Below are positions 61,484-64,000 of a DNA stretch of 64,000 nt, in pieces. Numbering within the stretch: the stretch's first letter is position 1; the number at the start of each line of letters is the position of its first letter. The position numbers and the translations under genes are program-made. The notes beneath the pieces were generated by a model. That model was not told the origin of the DNA, ran no database searches, and saw nothing but the letters and a program-made list of their open reading frames with translations. This stretch comes from Candidatus Hydrogenedentota bacterium (GTDB lineage: Bacteria > Hydrogenedentota > Hydrogenedentia > Hydrogenedentales > SLHB01): the NCBI GenBank assembly GCA_963668025.2, contig CAXXTH010000003.1, forward strand, positions 64,001 to 128,000, read 5' to 3'.

Positions 61484-62239
61484 TCACCTAGCCGCGAGTG
61501 TCTCCAGCGCTTCGAGGGCCTTCAAGAACGTCTTGTCAGCGGGCCATTTCGAATCCACCGCAACCATTTCGACATGGCCATCCATATACACCACATTCAC
61601 CCCTTCTGCATGATGCCCTAGCTTTTCACACATGAGAGGGATTTGGGCTTCGGCAATCTTGATTCCATCGGTGGAAATAGGCAAGCGTTCCACCACATTT
61701 TGTGCAAATGGCAGAAACACATTCCCGCCGCCGCTCCCTTTTCCCTCCGGTGCAGGCAGTTCTCCGCTTAGCCATTCATTAGCCGCCAGACGTTGTATGC
61801 ATGTCTTAATGAATGCCTGGCCTTCCTCCGCATTCAAAAGCACATAGCCCAGGTAGAAATAACTATTCCTATCGCGGACATACTTTGGATTCCGGAAAAA
61901 ATCATCGGGCAGGGAAAACTTGTATACTTGGTCTTGCGGACAAACAAGTATGGTTAAGTCATTGATATAATCTGGGTATGTCTGGTCGAAGTTGAATGTG
62001 AAACACCCAGGAGTGGGCGTCATCGAGGGATACTCGCCGTTATGCTCGCCCGCATACATCGTGAAAAGAATGGGCATTTGCTTGAGATTGATTCTACATA
62101 AAGGGCCATGGCCATTGGTGTGTGATCGATAAAATGGATGCATCAAATATGCGGCTATCACCAACAAGACAATACAATAAAGGACTATGCGGATCCGCAA
62201 TGCCATTTTTGATCTGCTATCAGCCGTAGCTTCATTCAT
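61484..62239 (-). CDS. DUF1559-like protein with C-terminal H-X9-DG motif
   Basis: N-terminal TM, CRINLKQM..F.MYAGEHNGEYP, LVCPQD, SYFYLG, HAEGVNVVYMDGHVE. Confidence 0.8.
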   Translation of the reverse strand: MNEATADSRSKMALRIRIVLYCIVLLVIAAYLMHPFYRSHTNGHGPLCRINLKQMPILFTMYAGEHNGEYPSMTPTPGCFTFNFDQTYPDYINDLTILVCPQDQVYKFSLPDDFFRNPKYVRDRNSYFYLGYVLLNAEEGQAFIKTCIQRLAANEWLSGELPAPEGKGSGGGNVFLPFAQNVVERLPISTDGIKIAEAQIPLMCEKLGHHAEGVNVVYMDGHVEMVAVDSKWPADKTFLKALEALETLAAR

Positions 62240-62396
62240 ACTCAGGCTCCTCCCGAATGTTTGAAGCCGTGAGAAAACGCATACAGGCGCTTCACGCGGC
62301 CCGGTTGCTTCACCTCAATAGTATAATTGACGCAAACTTATAATAGAGAAGAGGATGTAAAAACACAACCATAATGCCCGCTAGTCGTCGAGCTAT

Positions 62397-62556
62397 GTAG
62401 CATGGCCGTCCCGGCCATGCGCATGGGCGGGACGCCCATGCCACGGGATCTCACCAAATAAATGAAATGGATAATGACTGCACCGTGGAATGAATGAGCG
62501 TGAATATATGTGCTATTTGTGTGCATACTTGTGCAAACATCCCATTTATCCGGCGA
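62397..62556 (+). repeat. REP-anchored dispersed repeat, copy 2
   Basis: GTAGCATGGCCGTCCCG...CGGGACGCCCATGCCAC plus tail ending TTATCCGGCGA, homologous to 35792-35948. Confidence 0.8.
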
Positions 62557-62785
62557 AGGTTGGAGCCTTGCAATGGCGGTGCACTTGGCGTTAGTGTAAT
62601 AAACGAAGCGAGGATTTTTATCTTGTGCTCCGCTTGGCGGCGTTTCCCGCGTTTTACCGGCATATGGCAGGGCGCGCGTGCGCATGTTCTTGGTATACTT
62701 CAAGATATCTTTTGCGGCGTTGCATCCTATGCCGCACAAGAACGGGTGTTTTTACGGTTTAGGCCAAATGGCGTGGAGGTGAACA

Positions 62786-63724
62786 ATGGCGGTGATGATT
62801 CCTGGTGCGGTGGCGTATTTTGAAGGCAAATATATCCCCACGGAAGAAGCGAAGGTCAGTATCATGACCCATTCCTTCAACTACGGGACAGGCCTATTCG
62901 AAGGCATTCGCGGGTATTATGCGCCCGAAGAAGATACGGTATTGATCTTCCGTTTGAAAGAACACGTGGACCGCATGGTGCGCAATTTCAACATCATGTG
63001 TATGGAGATCCCCGAGGACCGGGCGGCCATCGAGCAGATTTGCATCGAAGTGGTGCGGCGCAGCGGATTCCATGAAGGCGTCTATATCCGTCCCATCTGC
63101 TATAAGAATGAGCTGTCGCTCGGCCCGAAGCTTAAAGGCGTGGAAAGCAGTCTGTGCTGTTATGTCATCAAGCTGGGCGAGTATTGCGATATCGAGACGG
63201 GGCTCGACGTGGCGGTTTCCTCGTGGCGGCGCTCATCCGACAATGCGATTCCGAGCCGTGTCAAATCGGTGGGAAGCTATGTCAATTCGGCGCTGGCGGC
63301 GACGGAAGCCCGGCAAGCCGGTTTCGATGAAGCCATTTTCCTGCGCCAAGACGGCTCCGTGGCGGAAGGCAGCGCCATGAACTTCTTTATCATCCAAGAT
63401 GGCAAACTGATTACAACCCAGACGAGCGCTGACATTCTTGTGGGCATTACGCGAAACACCGTCATCGAGCTTGCCCAGAAAGAATTGGGCTTGGAAGTAG
63501 AAGAACGCCCCATTGGCCGCACCGAACTCTATGTGTGCGACGAAGCCTTTTTCAGCGGTACGGGGGCCCAAGTCGCGCCGGTGCGTTCCATTGACCGCCG
63601 TATGATTGGCGACGGCAAGCCAGGGCCCATCTCGAAGCAATTGCAAAGCCTGTATTTTGATGTGGTCATGGGCAAAGTAGCGAAATACCGCCATTGGTGT
63701 ACATCCGTGCCATTAAGCAAATAA
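62786..63724 (+). CDS. ilvE: branched-chain amino acid aminotransferase
   Basis: NYGTGLFEGIR, VYIRP, GFDEAIFL, AEGSAMN, LVGITR, DEAFFSGT. Confidence 0.93.
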   Translation: MAVMIPGAVAYFEGKYIPTEEAKVSIMTHSFNYGTGLFEGIRGYYAPEEDTVLIFRLKEHVDRMVRNFNIMCMEIPEDRAAIEQICIEVVRRSGFHEGVYIRPICYKNELSLGPKLKGVESSLCCYVIKLGEYCDIETGLDVAVSSWRRSSDNAIPSRVKSVGSYVNSALAATEARQAGFDEAIFLRQDGSVAEGSAMNFFIIQDGKLITTQTSADILVGITRNTVIELAQKELGLEVEERPIGRTELYVCDEAFFSGTGAQVAPVRSIDRRMIGDGKPGPISKQLQSLYFDVVMGKVAKYRHWCTSVPLSK

Positions 63725-63748
63725 TCTCCACCACGGGAGGAGCAGGCC

Positions 63749-63931
63749 ATGAGCAATAAAGGATGTGCGAAGTGTTCCATGCGTGTGCGATACGACCGCA
63801 ATCCCGCGTCCATCCTGGGAAGATTGTGGAAATGGCACATAGGCTGGTGTCCCAGATGGAAAAGCTATCTAAAATCGCTTCCCGATGAGGAGCGCCGGGC
63901 GCTCGAAGAGCAATACGGCAGGCGGCTGTAA
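63749..63931 (+). CDS. small Cys/Trp-rich hypothetical protein
   Basis: RBS GGAGGAG, 60 aa, CAKC...WKWHIGWCP, followed by a terminator. Confidence 0.7.
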   Translation: MSNKGCAKCSMRVRYDRNPASILGRLWKWHIGWCPRWKSYLKSLPDEERRALEEQYGRRL

Positions 63932-63940
63932 CCGGGAGTC

Positions 63941-63988
63941 AGAGGGGTTTTGGCGCAATCATATGCCCAAAGCCCCTCTTTTTCTTTT
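63941..63988 (+). terminator. rho-independent terminator
   Basis: AGAGGGGTTTTGG...CCAAAGCCCCTCT followed by TTTTCTTTT. Confidence 0.75.
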
Positions 63989-64000
63989 GCCGGGCATGTT

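Overview
This is a gene-dense chromosomal window from a GC-rich diderm bacterium. The mix of PEP-CTERM/IPTL-CTERM-like sorting signals, an H-X9-DG/DUF1559-type protein, a Bat operon and GTAG-type REPs suggests a Hydrogenedentota/PVC-like lineage; this is inference only. Housekeeping and common genes: gltA, glnD, an HtrA-family protease, an AcrAB-OMF-MarR efflux locus, a complete MoxR-DUF58-Bat operon, carB and ilvE. Surface-glycan genes: gmd/rmd, a UDP-HexNAc dehydrogenase, GT2, a CgeB-like GT, a GT39-like protein, three large GT-C-like membrane proteins and an AlgE-like porin. Two near-identical 1.8-kb ISKra4-like IS copies each carry their own 9-bp target duplication and an A8G slippery site. 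Seven frameshifts (carB x3, GT39 x2, GT2, IS copy 1) sit in homopolymer or dinucleotide runs and look like sequencing/assembly errors. Best leads for something undescribed: (1) a GT2 followed by twin paralogous GT-C-like proteins; (2) a highly structured ~215-nt leader that can sequester the RBS of a surface protein; (3) a stand-alone methyltransferase/ATP-grasp fusion; (4) a zinc-ribbon/TM/TPR three-gene trans-envelope module; (5) an orphan hairpin-rich intergenic block; (6) a REP-anchored ~160-bp dispersed repeat; (7) an unannotated 49-aa ORF. No tRNA, rRNA or CRISPR array was seen.
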